A DNA stretch of 63,751 bases, the filler included. It is 9 parts of 9 records of this genome, joined end to end, with 100 filler letters (N's around TTAATTAATTAA, not from the genome) between each part and the next. Parts side by side here need not be neighbours in the genome. Positions count along the whole stretch, not along the records: positions 49,487 to 55,833 come from SRR20825010_2282; positions 55,934 to 63,751 come from SRR20825010_2296; 7 more parts are not named here. The stretch is one strand, 5' to 3'. The position numbers were made by a program, and so were the translations under genes. The notes under the pieces are model-generated. The model did no database searches, was not told the DNA's origin, and saw only the letters and a program-made list of their open reading frames with translations. How positions within the stretch are numbered: position 1 is the stretch's first letter; the number at the start of each line of letters is the position of its first letter. Shown piece after piece: positions 49,488-60,300 of this stretch.

Positions 49488-51704
49488 GCCAAATGTCACG
49501 ACCATAAATATGATCCCATATCCCAGAAAAATTATTACGAAATGTACAGTTTCTTCAATAATATAAATGAAACTGGCTTGATTCCTTGGGACATGGCAAC
49601 ACCGGTGCCCACTTTAATGTTGCCAACCAAGGAAGAGGAACAACTATTGGAGTATTTGGAATCTTTGGTGGAAGGGAAAAAATCCTTGGTAAAAAATGTT
49701 GCGGATACCGAATCTGAGAATGCCAGGAACTGGATTGGGGACGAAGGCTACAAAAGTATTTCAAGGCAGGGCAAACCCCACGGATTGGTCGCCGATTTGG
49801 ATTTTGATCAAGAAAAGCTGATCAATAAGGTAGCACATCAAGAAAGGCAAAATATTAGAATGAGGCAGCAATTTGCCGATAATCAAAAAACCGTTTTTAA
49901 AGATGGTTTTACAGGAAAGGGTCTATCTATGGACGGTGATACCTGGTTGGATTTGGACAAAATTGGCATTTTCAAAAGAAGTGATGCCTTCAGTATAGGC
50001 ATACGGGTTTATGTACCGGAAGATTTGGAAAAAGGGGTCATCTTACATAAGATGCAAGGTCCGGAATTACATAGTTATAGGGGATATCATGTAATGATCA
50101 AAGACAACAAGTTGGAAGTCTTGTTGGCGCATGTTTGGCCGGATAATGCTATCGCAAAGCATTCATTAACTGATATCCCCAGAAATCAGTGGGTGCAACT
50201 TACAATGACCTATGATGGCTCCAGTAAGGCCGAAGGATTGAATTTGTACCTGAACGCTAATAAACTGCAGATGGAGGTCGTGGTGGACAACTTGTATAAA
50301 GACATTGTTTTTAACAATTTAACAGATGTCATATATGATGGTCCTGTAGAACCCGGCTTAAGAATTGGGGCTATATGGAGAGGTAAAGGAATAGGAGGGG
50401 GTAAGGTAGATGATCTATTGGTGTTTGACCGGGAACTTACCCAATTGGAAGTTATGCAAATAGCCGATAAGGAATCCCTGAATTCGATTCTTGCCAAATC
50501 CAAAAATGAACTATCCCAAGAAGAAAAACTGAGCTTGGAAGCTTATTATTTGGCTACCAAATCATCCAAGTATAACAAGTCTTTGAGAGATTTGGAAAAG
50601 GCACGGGAAGCTTATGTGGATACTACAGAGACTATCGAGGAAATTATGGTTATGAAGGAAATGGCCAAACCAAGGCAGGCCTATATTCTGGAGCGCGGAC
50701 AGTACGATGTGTATGGTGAGGAAGTATTTCCCAATACCCCTGAAAGCATTTTTCCCTACCCTGACAGTTTGCCAAAGAATAGGTTGGGGCTGGCCAAATG
50801 GCTTACTGATGAAAGAAACCCCCTGACGGCGAGAGTAGCTGTCAACAGATATTGGCAAAATATTTTTGGCAAAGGAATAGTAAGAACCTCGGAAGATTTT
50901 GGTAATCAAGGAGAGTTGCCCAGTCACCCGGAATTATTGGATTGGTTGGCAATAGAATTTATGAAGTCTGGATGGGATGTTAAGGCGCTCCTTAAACTTA
51001 TGGTAATGTCCAATACCTATCAACAATCCTCCAAGGCCACTCCGGAAATAATGGAAATTGATAAAGCCAATCGATTTTTGGCAAGAGGCCCTTCCAAGCG
51101 ACTTACCGGTGAGATGTTGCGTAATAATGCCCTCACAAGTTCAGGATTATTGAATAGAAAAATTGGAGGAAAAAGTGTGAAGCCATATCAGCCAGAAGGA
51201 TTGTGGAAAGTAAATGGAGCAGCTTATGAAGAGGATACAGGCGAGAAATTATACAGAAGAAGTATGTACACTATATGGAAGCGCTCGGTACCACATCCTA
51301 CCTTGGCCACCTTTGATGCTCCCGAACGTTCATTTTGTACCGTTAGAAGGCAAGAGACCAACACGCCCTTACAGGCGTTGGTGCTGCTCAATGATCCCAC
51401 ATATATAGAAGCAGCAAAGGTTTTGGGTGAAAGCATGTTAAAAGAACCGGATATTAAAACGGCAATTTCAAAAACCTTTAGAAAGCTAACGGGACGTACC
51501 ATTAGGGATAAGGAATTGTCCATTTTAGTGGAAATGCAGCAGCAAGAATACCAGAAGTTGCAAGAGAATAAATTGAAGGCGAAAGGCTGGCTCAATACCG
51601 GTGAATTTCGAATAGCTTCGGAAGATGACCAGGCTCTTGTGGCAGCAAATGCCATAGTAGCAAGTACTATTATGAATTCCGACGCAACCATTACTAAAAG
51701 ATAA
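49488..51704 (+). CDS. DUF1549/DUF1553 (PSCyt2/PSD1) heme-c protein with LamG-like insert, 5' partial
   Basis: Edge reads (C)AKCHDHKYDP; NPLTARVAVNRYW, PSHPELLDWLA, NTPLQAL; central LamG-like W-x-QLTMTYDG. Confidence 0.88.
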   Translation, partial: AKCHDHKYDPISQKNYYEMYSFFNNINETGLIPWDMATPVPTLMLPTKEEEQLLEYLESLVEGKKSLVKNVADTESENARNWIGDEGYKSISRQGKPHGLVADLDFDQEKLINKVAHQERQNIRMRQQFADNQKTVFKDGFTGKGLSMDGDTWLDLDKIGIFKRSDAFSIGIRVYVPEDLEKGVILHKMQGPELHSYRGYHVMIKDNKLEVLLAHVWPDNAIAKHSLTDIPRNQWVQLTMTYDGSSKAEGLNLYLNANKLQMEVVVDNLYKDIVFNNLTDVIYDGPVEPGLRIGAIWRGKGIGGGKVDDLLVFDRELTQLEVMQIADKESLNSILAKSKNELSQEEKLSLEAYYLATKSSKYNKSLRDLEKAREAYVDTTETIEEIMVMKEMAKPRQAYILERGQYDVYGEEVFPNTPESIFPYPDSLPKNRLGLAKWLTDERNPLTARVAVNRYWQNIFGKGIVRTSEDFGNQGELPSHPELLDWLAIEFMKSGWDVKALLKLMVMSNTYQQSSKATPEIMEIDKANRFLARGPSKRLTGEMLRNNALTSSGLLNRKIGGKSVKPYQPEGLWKVNGAAYEEDTGEKLYRRSMYTIWKRSVPHPTLATFDAPERSFCTVRRQETNTPLQALVLLNDPTYIEAAKVLGESMLKEPDIKTAISKTFRKLTGRTIRDKELSILVEMQQQEYQKLQENKLKAKGWLNTGEFRIASEDDQALVAANAIVASTIMNSDATITKR

Positions 51705-51710
51705 AAAATT

Positions 51711-53219
51711 ATGTGCAATCATCATGATATTTTAAGGTCCGATAACCGGGATTTGCAAGAGTTGGAAAACCAAGTGAGCCGAAGGGACTTCTTAACAAAA
51801 ACGTCTTTGGGTATTGGAGCCTTGGCACTTGGATCCCTGTTGGGAACCGATAAGGCCTGGGGAAATATCAAGGGTTCCGATGCCGATACAATTTTGGAAA
51901 CCTACAATAAGAATAGACTGGGCCTGCCACATCACCTGCCCAAAGCAAAACGTATTGTGTATTTGTTTCAGAGCGGAGGGCCCTCGCAAATGGATTTGTT
52001 CGATTATAAGCCGAAGTTGGTAGATATGTTCGGCAAAGATCTGCCCCCTTCCATTAGGCAGGGACAACGACTTACCGGTATGAGTGCGGACCAAACGGTT
52101 TTCCCAATTGCCCCTTCTATTTTTAAGTTTAAGCAATATGGGGAATCAAGGGCCTGGGTCAGCGAGATGATGCCCTATTTGTCCGAGGTAGTCGATGATA
52201 TTTGTTTTGTAAAATCGATGCAAACGGACGCTATTAATCATGATCCCGCCATTACCTTCCTGCAAACAGGGAACCAACTTCCCGGACGCCCTTCCATAGG
52301 GTCTTGGTTGAGCTATGGTTTAGGTTCCGATAATGACAATTTGCCCACTTTTATTACCTTAATTTCTAAGAATGGAAAGGGACAACCTCTGTATTCACGC
52401 CTATGGGGGAATGGATTTTTACCAACGGAACATCAGGGAGTACAGTTCCGTTCCGGAAAGGATCCGGTTTTGTATTTGAACGATCCGGAGAACTATGACG
52501 GGACTGACAGAAGGCGTATGTTGGACTATTTGGAAAGGCTCAACGGTGTTCAGGGAGATGTCTATGGTGATCCGGAAATCAATGCTCGAATGGCACAGTA
52601 CGAAATGGCTTTCCGGATGCAGACCTCCGTACCTGAAGTAACAGATCTTTCTGACGAACCCGATTATATATTTGATATGTACGGAGAGGACAGTAGGGAC
52701 CCCGGTACTTATGCTGCTAATTGCCTAATGGCGAGAAAACTGCTCGAGAAGGATGTAAAGTTTGTACAGTTGTACCATCAGGGATGGGACCAGCATATAG
52801 GATGTCCGGGAGGAGTGAAAAGTCAAAGTAAAAAAACCGATCAGGCCAATGCCGCACTTCTCAAAGATTTAAAACAGCGGGGCATGCTAGAGGATACCCT
52901 TGTGGTCTGGGGTGGCGAATTTGGCCGAACAGTGTATTCCCAAGGACAGTTGACCGAAAAGAACTATGGTCGGGACCATCATCCAAAGGCCTTTACCATG
53001 TGGATGGCCGGAGCGGGGGTCAAACCAGGGTTTACCTATGGTGAGACTGATGATTTTAGTTATAACGTTGTAAAGGACCCTGTACACGTCCATGATTTTC
53101 ATGCTACATTATTGCACTTGTTCGGAATTGATCACGAAAGATTGATTTTTAAACATCAGGGCAGACGCTTTAGATTAACAGATGTACACGGTAACGTTGT
53201 TAAGGATTTATTAAGTTAG
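51711..53219 (+). CDS. DUF1501 domain protein with Tat signal
   Basis: SRRDFL; GGPSQMDLFD, GWDQH, GEFGRT, GRDHHP. Confidence 0.92.
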   Translation: MCNHHDILRSDNRDLQELENQVSRRDFLTKTSLGIGALALGSLLGTDKAWGNIKGSDADTILETYNKNRLGLPHHLPKAKRIVYLFQSGGPSQMDLFDYKPKLVDMFGKDLPPSIRQGQRLTGMSADQTVFPIAPSIFKFKQYGESRAWVSEMMPYLSEVVDDICFVKSMQTDAINHDPAITFLQTGNQLPGRPSIGSWLSYGLGSDNDNLPTFITLISKNGKGQPLYSRLWGNGFLPTEHQGVQFRSGKDPVLYLNDPENYDGTDRRRMLDYLERLNGVQGDVYGDPEINARMAQYEMAFRMQTSVPEVTDLSDEPDYIFDMYGEDSRDPGTYAANCLMARKLLEKDVKFVQLYHQGWDQHIGCPGGVKSQSKKTDQANAALLKDLKQRGMLEDTLVVWGGEFGRTVYSQGQLTEKNYGRDHHPKAFTMWMAGAGVKPGFTYGETDDFSYNVVKDPVHVHDFHATLLHLFGIDHERLIFKHQGRRFRLTDVHGNVVKDLLS

Positions 53220-53247
53220 AATTTAAAAATATACCAAATATAACACC

Positions 53248-54354
53248 ATGGGCAATAGAAGAAATTTCCTTAAAAAAACCTCTTTGGCCGGCGTAGCTCT
53301 TGCAACCACGCCCGCTTTGGGTTTTAATATTTTAAAAAAAACCGCGGCAGAAGATGTTATTTTGGGACATGGGGATTACCGCTACAAGGCGGTTTACGAC
53401 TGGGCACAAATAGGCAGTGTAAATACACCTATTTTAAATTGTCATGAAATGGTCATGGATAGTAGGGGCAGATTAATTATGATTGGTGACCACCCCCAAA
53501 ACAATATATTGATTTTTGATAAATCCGGTAAATTGTTGGATTCCTGGGGAACCGCATACCCCGGAGGCCATGGCTTATCGTTGGCCCAGGAAGGGGGAGA
53601 GGAATTTTTGTTTTTAACGGATTCCGGTTGGTACTTAAATAAATCTGGGCAATGGATAAAACATAACGGCAGGGTTTCCAAAACAACACTGGATGGGCGT
53701 GTTTTATTTGATATTGGCCATCCACAGACCATTGGAGTGTATAAGCCGGGCGACTCTTTTTGCCCCACAGAAACTGCTATAGGACCCAATGGGGATATCT
53801 ATGTGGCGGATGGCTATGGCATGGATTATATAATCCAATATAATTATAAAGGGGAATATATTAGACATTGGGGAGGAAAGGAGAATCCGGACAAAAACTA
53901 TAGGTTGAGCAACGCACATGGCGTAGCCATAGACTATAGGGATAGGAATAATCCCATGGTAGTCTGTACTTCCAGGAATGAACAGTCCTTTAAATGGTTT
54001 ACCCTGGATGGCAAGTACGTAAAGTCTCTTCATTTACCAAATATGCAAGTCTGCCGACCTGTTTTTGATGATACCAATTTATATGCCGGTGTGTGTTGGT
54101 CCCAACCCAAGGAAGGACAGACAGATTGGAAAGACCATACCGGTTTTGTAACCATACTGGATGGCGATACCGTAGTTTCCAATCCTGGGGGTTCTGCTCC
54201 GCTCTATGAAAACGGTGCCCTGCAAAAATCGTATCAATTAGAAAACAAACCCATTCTTCACGGGCATGATGTATGTGTGGATGAAGATAAAAATTTATAT
54301 ATCTGCCAATGGAATGCCAATAAAACGGCCCCCATAAAATTGGAACGGGTATAG
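53248..54354 (+). CDS. Tat-exported NHL-repeat 6-bladed beta-propeller
   Basis: NRRNFLK; IYVADGYG; AHGVAID; HGHDVCVD. Confidence 0.85.
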   Translation: MGNRRNFLKKTSLAGVALATTPALGFNILKKTAAEDVILGHGDYRYKAVYDWAQIGSVNTPILNCHEMVMDSRGRLIMIGDHPQNNILIFDKSGKLLDSWGTAYPGGHGLSLAQEGGEEFLFLTDSGWYLNKSGQWIKHNGRVSKTTLDGRVLFDIGHPQTIGVYKPGDSFCPTETAIGPNGDIYVADGYGMDYIIQYNYKGEYIRHWGGKENPDKNYRLSNAHGVAIDYRDRNNPMVVCTSRNEQSFKWFTLDGKYVKSLHLPNMQVCRPVFDDTNLYAGVCWSQPKEGQTDWKDHTGFVTILDGDTVVSNPGGSAPLYENGALQKSYQLENKPILHGHDVCVDEDKNLYICQWNANKTAPIKLERV

Positions 54355-54382
54355 ACCAATCATTTTTTAGAATAGCTTACAT

Positions 54383-55774
54383 ATGAATGAAGTTTCAGAT
54401 TTTGTGCTCTTTCTTGGGCGTTTTCATCCTTTGGTAGTGCATCTGCCCATAGGATTTTTGATGTTTGCATTTTTACTCGAGATTTTTGGGCGTTATAAAA
54501 GGAATGAGGCCATATTGGTCGCCATTCCATTGGCTTTGTTTGCCGGAGCCCTAAGCGCTTTACTTGCCTGTGTATTGGGCTATTTATTATCACTGGGCGG
54601 AGATTATGAGTCCGGAATGGTGGATTCCCACTTTTGGTTTGGAGTGGCTACAACTTTAATAACTTTTTTGGCTTGGCTAATTAGGATAGAAAAAATTAAA
54701 ATCGGGAATATAGACAGGGTCAAAACCAATATTTCGGCCTTGACCTTAATAGTTGTGCTGATAAGTATTACTGGACACTATGGAGGAAATTTAACCCACG
54801 GAAGTGATTATTTGGTAAAATATTTTCCATTTAACAAGGAAGCAAAAAAGGAGTTGTTACCCGTCGCCAAGGTAGAGGATGCCGTGGTGTTTGATTATTT
54901 GGTAGAGCCCATTCTTCAAAATAAATGTGTGGGATGCCATAATGAGAGCAAGAAAAAGGGGGGATTGTCCTTTGCAGATTCACTATCTATTGTGAAAGGG
55001 GGCAAAAATGGAGATGTTTTGATTGCCGGTAAAGCCATGGAATCTGAAATGATAAAAAGGGTGCTATTGGATCCACATCATGAGGATTTTATGCCTCCTG
55101 AGGGTAAAACCCCGCTCACTGAAGAAGAAACCGCCATTTTAATGTATTGGATAGACCTTGCCGAGGCTGGGTACACTAACAAGGTAGGTGCCATTGAAAC
55201 ATCGGACGATATTTTGGACATAGCTTCTGTAATGTTGGGACTTGGGGGATATGGAAAGGGAGGAACGGTAACTTTGCCCAAAGCGGAAATAATAGGGGAA
55301 GGGGTTTTGCAGGATGTAATTGCCGAGGGATTTAAGCTTACCGAATTGGTTTTTGATTCTAATTTGTATGAAGTTGTTTTACCACCAAAATCGGTCACCA
55401 AAAGTAATGCCGAGGCCATAAATGCCAAATTGAAAAAACTAAGATTGATGAAAGATAATATTCTGTGGCTATCCTTTGAGGATAATTTAGTAACGGACAA
55501 CCAACTTAGGATTATAGGTCAGTTTGGAAATTTACAAAAACTGAAACTAAGTAATAATGCAATTACGGACAAGGGTATTTCCGAAATCTCGGAGCTTCAA
55601 TATTTAAGTAGTTTAAACCTGTATAGTACTGGGATAACTAAGGCAAGTCTTGAAGTCTTCTCCACCATGCCAAATCTTAAAAATGTATTTGTTTGGAATA
55701 CCGCTATTTCGGAAAAAGATCTGGAAGCCTTTAGGTTAGAGGATGGTTTCCCGGAGATTGTGTCGGGCATGTAG
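54383..55774 (+). CDS. DUF2231 membrane domain + planctomycete cytochrome c + LRR protein
   Basis: FHPLVVHLPIG 4-TM domain, GHYGGNLTHG, CVGCH heme site with MPP, C-terminal LRRs. Confidence 0.85.
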   Translation: MNEVSDFVLFLGRFHPLVVHLPIGFLMFAFLLEIFGRYKRNEAILVAIPLALFAGALSALLACVLGYLLSLGGDYESGMVDSHFWFGVATTLITFLAWLIRIEKIKIGNIDRVKTNISALTLIVVLISITGHYGGNLTHGSDYLVKYFPFNKEAKKELLPVAKVEDAVVFDYLVEPILQNKCVGCHNESKKKGGLSFADSLSIVKGGKNGDVLIAGKAMESEMIKRVLLDPHHEDFMPPEGKTPLTEEETAILMYWIDLAEAGYTNKVGAIETSDDILDIASVMLGLGGYGKGGTVTLPKAEIIGEGVLQDVIAEGFKLTELVFDSNLYEVVLPPKSVTKSNAEAINAKLKKLRLMKDNILWLSFEDNLVTDNQLRIIGQFGNLQKLKLSNNAITDKGISEISELQYLSSLNLYSTGITKASLEVFSTMPNLKNVFVWNTAISEKDLEAFRLEDGFPEIVSGM

Positions 55775-55807
55775 TAGGCCATGAACCTGCGGTTTCTTTA
55801 CGGTCTA

Positions 55808-55833
55808 ACCCTTCGACTCCGCCTGTCTACCGA
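55808..55833. repeat. Truncated Bacteroidota REP-like element at the contig end
   Basis: CCCTTCGACTCCG followed by CCTGTCTACCGA, both resembling recalled Flavobacteria REP arms; assembly breaks here. Confidence 0.5.
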
Positions 55834-55933
55834 NNNNNNNNNNNNNNNNNNNNNNNNNNNNNNNNNNNNNNNNNNNNTTAATTAATTAANNNNNNNNNNN
55901 NNNNNNNNNNNNNNNNNNNNNNNNNNNNNNNNN

Positions 55934-55960
55934 TGAGTTCGAATCTCATCGCCCGCTCCA
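55934..55960 (+). tRNA. 3' fragment of a tRNA, probably tRNA-Gly
   Basis: TGAG-TTCGAAT-CTCA T-arm then CGCCCGC-T-CCA; anticodon lies outside the contig. Confidence 0.75.
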
Positions 55961-56003
55961 ATTTCTCCCAATCAGCGGAGAATCGAGAAGCAAACGGCGG
56001 CGC

Positions 56004-56915
56004 TTAGCCGCCGTTTTTGCGTTCACGGGCAGAGCGTCTGGCCAGCACCGCTTCGCGATGGCTGATATAGGCCGTCGAACAGAAGATCACCGCACCGCCG
56101 AGCCAGATCCACACCGTCGGCTCTTCACCGAACAGCAGAAACCCCATCACCCCGATCAGCGGCAGCTTGATGAATTCGAGCGGCTGCAGTTGCGTGATTT
56201 CGGCCAGGCCGCAGGCCCGGGTCCAGCAGACATGGCCGGCTGTCCCCGCACCCGCCAGACAGAACAGCCAGAGCCAGGTCATCGGATCGGGCCAGGTCCA
56301 GACAAACAGGGCCGGGATCAACGAGAAGGGGCTCTGAAGCAACACCATCCAGAGCACGATCGCTTCCGGCCGCTCCGTCGCCGTCAGTTTCTTCACGACC
56401 AGCGCCGTGATGGAAATCCCCAATGCATTCCCGAGAGCGAGCAGAGCCCCAAGCGATAACGACTCCAGACCGGGCCGCAACACCAGCAACATGCCAAGAA
56501 ACCCGGCGGCAAGCGCGGCCACGCGGCGGACCCGGATAACTTCACCCAGCACCAGCACAGCACCAATGGTCGCAAACAATGGCGCGGTGAAGCCAAGGGC
56601 CGTCGCCTCGGCCAGCGGGATCATGGTGATCGCGGCAAAACCCGCCGCCATTGCCGTCAGATTGATCGCCGCGCGTAACCCATAGAGGCCGTATTTATCG
56701 GTCTTCAAGACGGAAACGCCATGCCCCATGATCCAGGGGACCATCAGCAAAACGGCTAGAAAGTTACGAAAAAACACGACCTCGAGGACATGCAGATTCT
56801 GCGACGAAAGCCGGATGAAAACGCCCATCGAGGTAAAGAACACCATCGCCGCACTCATCAGCAGCGTTGCCTGGACGGGGACCGGCAATCTTGTGAAAGC
56901 GGCGAGAATGAACAT
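56004..56915 (-). CDS. DMT/EamA family transporter
   Basis: About 10 TM segments; VFFRN, PLAEATALGFTAPLF, LFGEEP; start set at MFIL. Confidence 0.9.
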   Translation of the reverse strand: MFILAAFTRLPVPVQATLLMSAAMVFFTSMGVFIRLSSQNLHVLEVVFFRNFLAVLLMVPWIMGHGVSVLKTDKYGLYGLRAAINLTAMAAGFAAITMIPLAEATALGFTAPLFATIGAVLVLGEVIRVRRVAALAAGFLGMLLVLRPGLESLSLGALLALGNALGISITALVVKKLTATERPEAIVLWMVLLQSPFSLIPALFVWTWPDPMTWLWLFCLAGAGTAGHVCWTRACGLAEITQLQPLEFIKLPLIGVMGFLLFGEEPTVWIWLGGAVIFCSTAYISHREAVLARRSARERKNGG

Positions 56916-57008
56916 ATCAAAGGGGCCTGAGGGCAAATGCGAGGCCCAGACTATCCCCCTGATCCTCTTCATCGGCAAGCAGGGTTTCACCGACCGGAGA
57001 CCGGCTTC

Positions 57009-57022
57009 GTGATCTGGATCAA
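57009..57022. promoter_or_regulatory. FNR/FixK-like box
   Basis: GTGAT-CTGG-ATCAA, one mismatch from TTGAT-N4-ATCAA. Confidence 0.5.
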
Positions 57023-57099
57023 AGATCAGGAGAAACGTCTCGTGTTTCCATGAATTCAGGCGATTTTCAGCCATCAAGCAACATGCCGGGAGGCAAAGG

Positions 57100-57336
57100 A
57101 TGTCCCACGTTCCCCACGAACTCGCAGAGGAATTTCCGGATGCGGCGGAGAAAATTCACGAACTGAAACTCAACGATGCCCGCTTTGCCAAGCTCGCGGA
57201 TGCGTATCATGAAGTGAACCGCGAAATTCACCGGATCGAAGCAGAGATCGAAACCACATCCGATGTCTATACCGAAGAACAGAAGAAGAAGCGGCTGGCC
57301 CTCAAGGATGAGCTTGCCGCTTTCCTGACCCCCTGA
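57100..57336 (+). CDS. YdcH/DUF465 family protein
   Basis: MSHVPHELAEEFP...KKKRLALKDEL; GGAGG RBS. Confidence 0.88.
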   Translation: MSHVPHELAEEFPDAAEKIHELKLNDARFAKLADAYHEVNREIHRIEAEIETTSDVYTEEQKKKRLALKDELAAFLTP

Positions 57337-57341
57337 GCCCG

Positions 57342-60300
57342 CTAGCCTTCGGCGAGATCCGTCTCAAGCAGACCCGACACACGCAGATGGTTCCGGACAT
57401 CATCGAGGGCAGCCTTGATTTCCTGCTCATATTTCTGTTGAGCATTGGCAATTGAGGGGCCGGAATCATCCGCGTCGCGCAGGCATTGTTCCAGATCGCC
57501 TGACGCCGCACTGAGATCCGTGAGGCCGAGATTTCCGGCAACGCCCTTGACCTGATGCGCTTGGCGCGCAGCCGCAATGGTATCTCCGGCTTCAAGATAA
57601 GCCCGCAATTCACCGACCGTTCCGGCATTCTGCCTGCAGAATTCGTTGAACAGCTTTGCCGCGACATCGGGCGCACCGAGTAATTGCACCATCTTGTCAA
57701 AGGGTTCATATCCGCCCGTGGTCTCGCCAGTCTCCCGAAGGGTGTCCTCCACTTCGGTCGGCGCCGCCGGAGCATTCCCGGCCGGAACAGCCTCCGAAAA
57801 CCCCATGCCGACCCGCGCAAGCCTGGCTGCAGACAACGCCTCATAAAGTTTCTCTTCCGAGATCGGCTTCGCGACATGGCCGTTCATGCCCGCGGCCAGA
57901 CACCGTTCGACCTCGGATGTCATGGCGTGTGCCGTCGCGGCGATGATCGGAAGGTCGGCGAACCTGTCATCGCTCCGTATCCGTCTGGTTGCCCCAATAC
58001 CGTCCAGCACGGGCATCTGGATATCCATGAGCACGGCATCGAACCGGCCCGGGTCCGACCCGGTAACGGCCTCCACCGCCGCTTCTCCATTGCCGACAAG
58101 CTCAACCTCTGCGCCCACATTGCGCAACACGGCTTCGATCACCTGCTGGTTGATCTGGTTATCCTCGGCGACAAGGATGCGCATTCCCCGAAGTTGCATC
58201 GCCGCCGCATCGGCAAGACCATGCTCCTCGTCCGAAAGCTCCTGATTTTCCCAGAACGCATTCAGAAGCCGCAACACGCGCTGTTGTGAAAGAGGCTTCG
58301 TCAGAACCGCACTGGCGCCAGCCTGCCGCGCGCCATCACCGAGAACCTCTGTATTCGCTCCAGTGACCAGCACAATTTTCGGCGGGGGGCCATCATCGCC
58401 GATAGATGCCAGGATATCCCTGGTGGCCTGGACACCGTCGCCATCCGGCATGATCCAGTCCATGAAGATGACATCGAACGGCGCGCCAACGCGGTGGGCT
58501 TCGGTTACGGCAGAGATCGCCCCGGCAGCCGACTCCGCTTCCACAACCTCCAGCGCCAAGGAACGGAGCATGCCCGACATAACCAGCCGGGCAGTCGGAT
58601 TGTCATCGACGACAAGAACGCGCCACGCGTCGAAACGCCCGGTGCCCGCCAGCTGCGACAGCGCCGACACCGCGAACGGCAAGACAACATTAAACGTGCT
58701 GCCCTTGCCCGGCATACTCTCAACCCAGATCCGGCCGCCCATCCGGGTAGCCAGATCCAGACAGATCGAAAGCCCAAGCCCCGTTCCGCCAAATTGACGC
58801 GTGGTCGATATATCGGCCTGAGCGAACGGCTTGAAGATCTTGTCCTGCTGCTCGGCCGTCATGCCGATGCCGGAATCCTCCACCTTGAAATGCAATTCCG
58901 CGCGATCCTCGCTTATCTCATGCGGATGAACGGAGAGCTTGACCCGTCCCGCCTTCGTGAATTTGACCGCGTTGCTGCACAGATTTGTCAGAATTTGGCC
59001 GACCCGCAACGGATCGCCGAACAGATCAATGGGCATGTCCGGATCAATCTCGATCTCGAAAGAGAGCCCCTTCTCGTCGGCCCTGTCTTGTGCAAGGCCG
59101 CCCACCTGCTCGATGATTTCTCTCAGATCGAAATCGGTTGCCTCGACCTCAAGCTGACCGGCCTCGATCTTTGAGAAATCGAGCACGTCATTGATAATCC
59201 CCATCAGGATTTGTGAAGAGGAAACGATCTTTTTGACGAAATCGGTCTGGTTTTCATCAAGCGGGGTTCGCTGCAGCAACCGGCCCAAACCGACGATACC
59301 ATTGAGCGGCGTACGGATTTCATGGCTCATATTGGCCAGAAATCCGGATTTAGCCTGATTTGCCGCTTCGGCTTCTTCCTGGCGCTGTTTCAGTTCGGTG
59401 ATATCGACCCGGAAGGACAGAAACCCGCCATCCGGCGTCCGTGCATCCTGAATTCGTACCCATCGCCCATCCGGCAAAACTTGCTCGACAGCCGGACCCG
59501 GCTCGCTGAATTGCCGCATCCGCATGGCAATCCATTCTTCCTCACGGCCTAACGCCTCGGGCACATCACCGGAATACGCACCTGCACGGATGATATCCTC
59601 ATACCGATTTCCGGGAATCATCGTTCCCTCGGCACTCGGATAAAAATCGGTGAAGCGTTCGTTACAAATCACCATCCGCATATCGCGGTCATAAAGTACG
59701 AAAGCGCCATTCATGGCGTCGAGCGCGATACGCAGCTGCCCTTCCGCGTCGGTTGCCTTTTCCTTGGCCTCGATCAGGCCCTTTTCCTGCGCCGCAAGAA
59801 TTTCCAGATCCCGGCGGCGCCGGTCCTGAAAAAGTCCTAACCCGAAAAGCGGTATCGCAACCGCCATGCCGATGAGACCTACCGGAATCCAGACATTCCA
59901 GTAGACCGATTCCGGAACTGTCCAGCCGCCCTTGGGGCGTCCCGCCAGATACCAACTGCCAACCGGCAAATTCACGCGCTGCAGGACGGGCGTGTCTTCA
60001 AAGACCCCCGCATCTCCGAAAAACACATCGCCGCTCAAGCCCGTTCCATCGCGACCACGAATCGCGAAATCGAAGTCGACCAGAGCCGGATCGACCCCAG
60101 CGGCGGCATAAAGTTCATCCGCATCGATAACAGCCGAGACCAGGCCCCAGAAAAACTCGTTTCCATCCTGATCCTGGGCGAAGACCGGGTGTCGGCCAAT
60201 AATGCCTATACCGCCCTGCAGAAGAGTCAGGGGCCCGGCAAGCACCAGATCGCCCTTATCACGTGCCGTGAACGCGGCGGCGCGCTGCTGCTCGTTCTTG

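Noticed and set aside
55934-56003. tRNA 3' end as an att site of an integrated element
   Set aside because: It is truncated by the contig edge, and there is no integrase or second copy in the segment.
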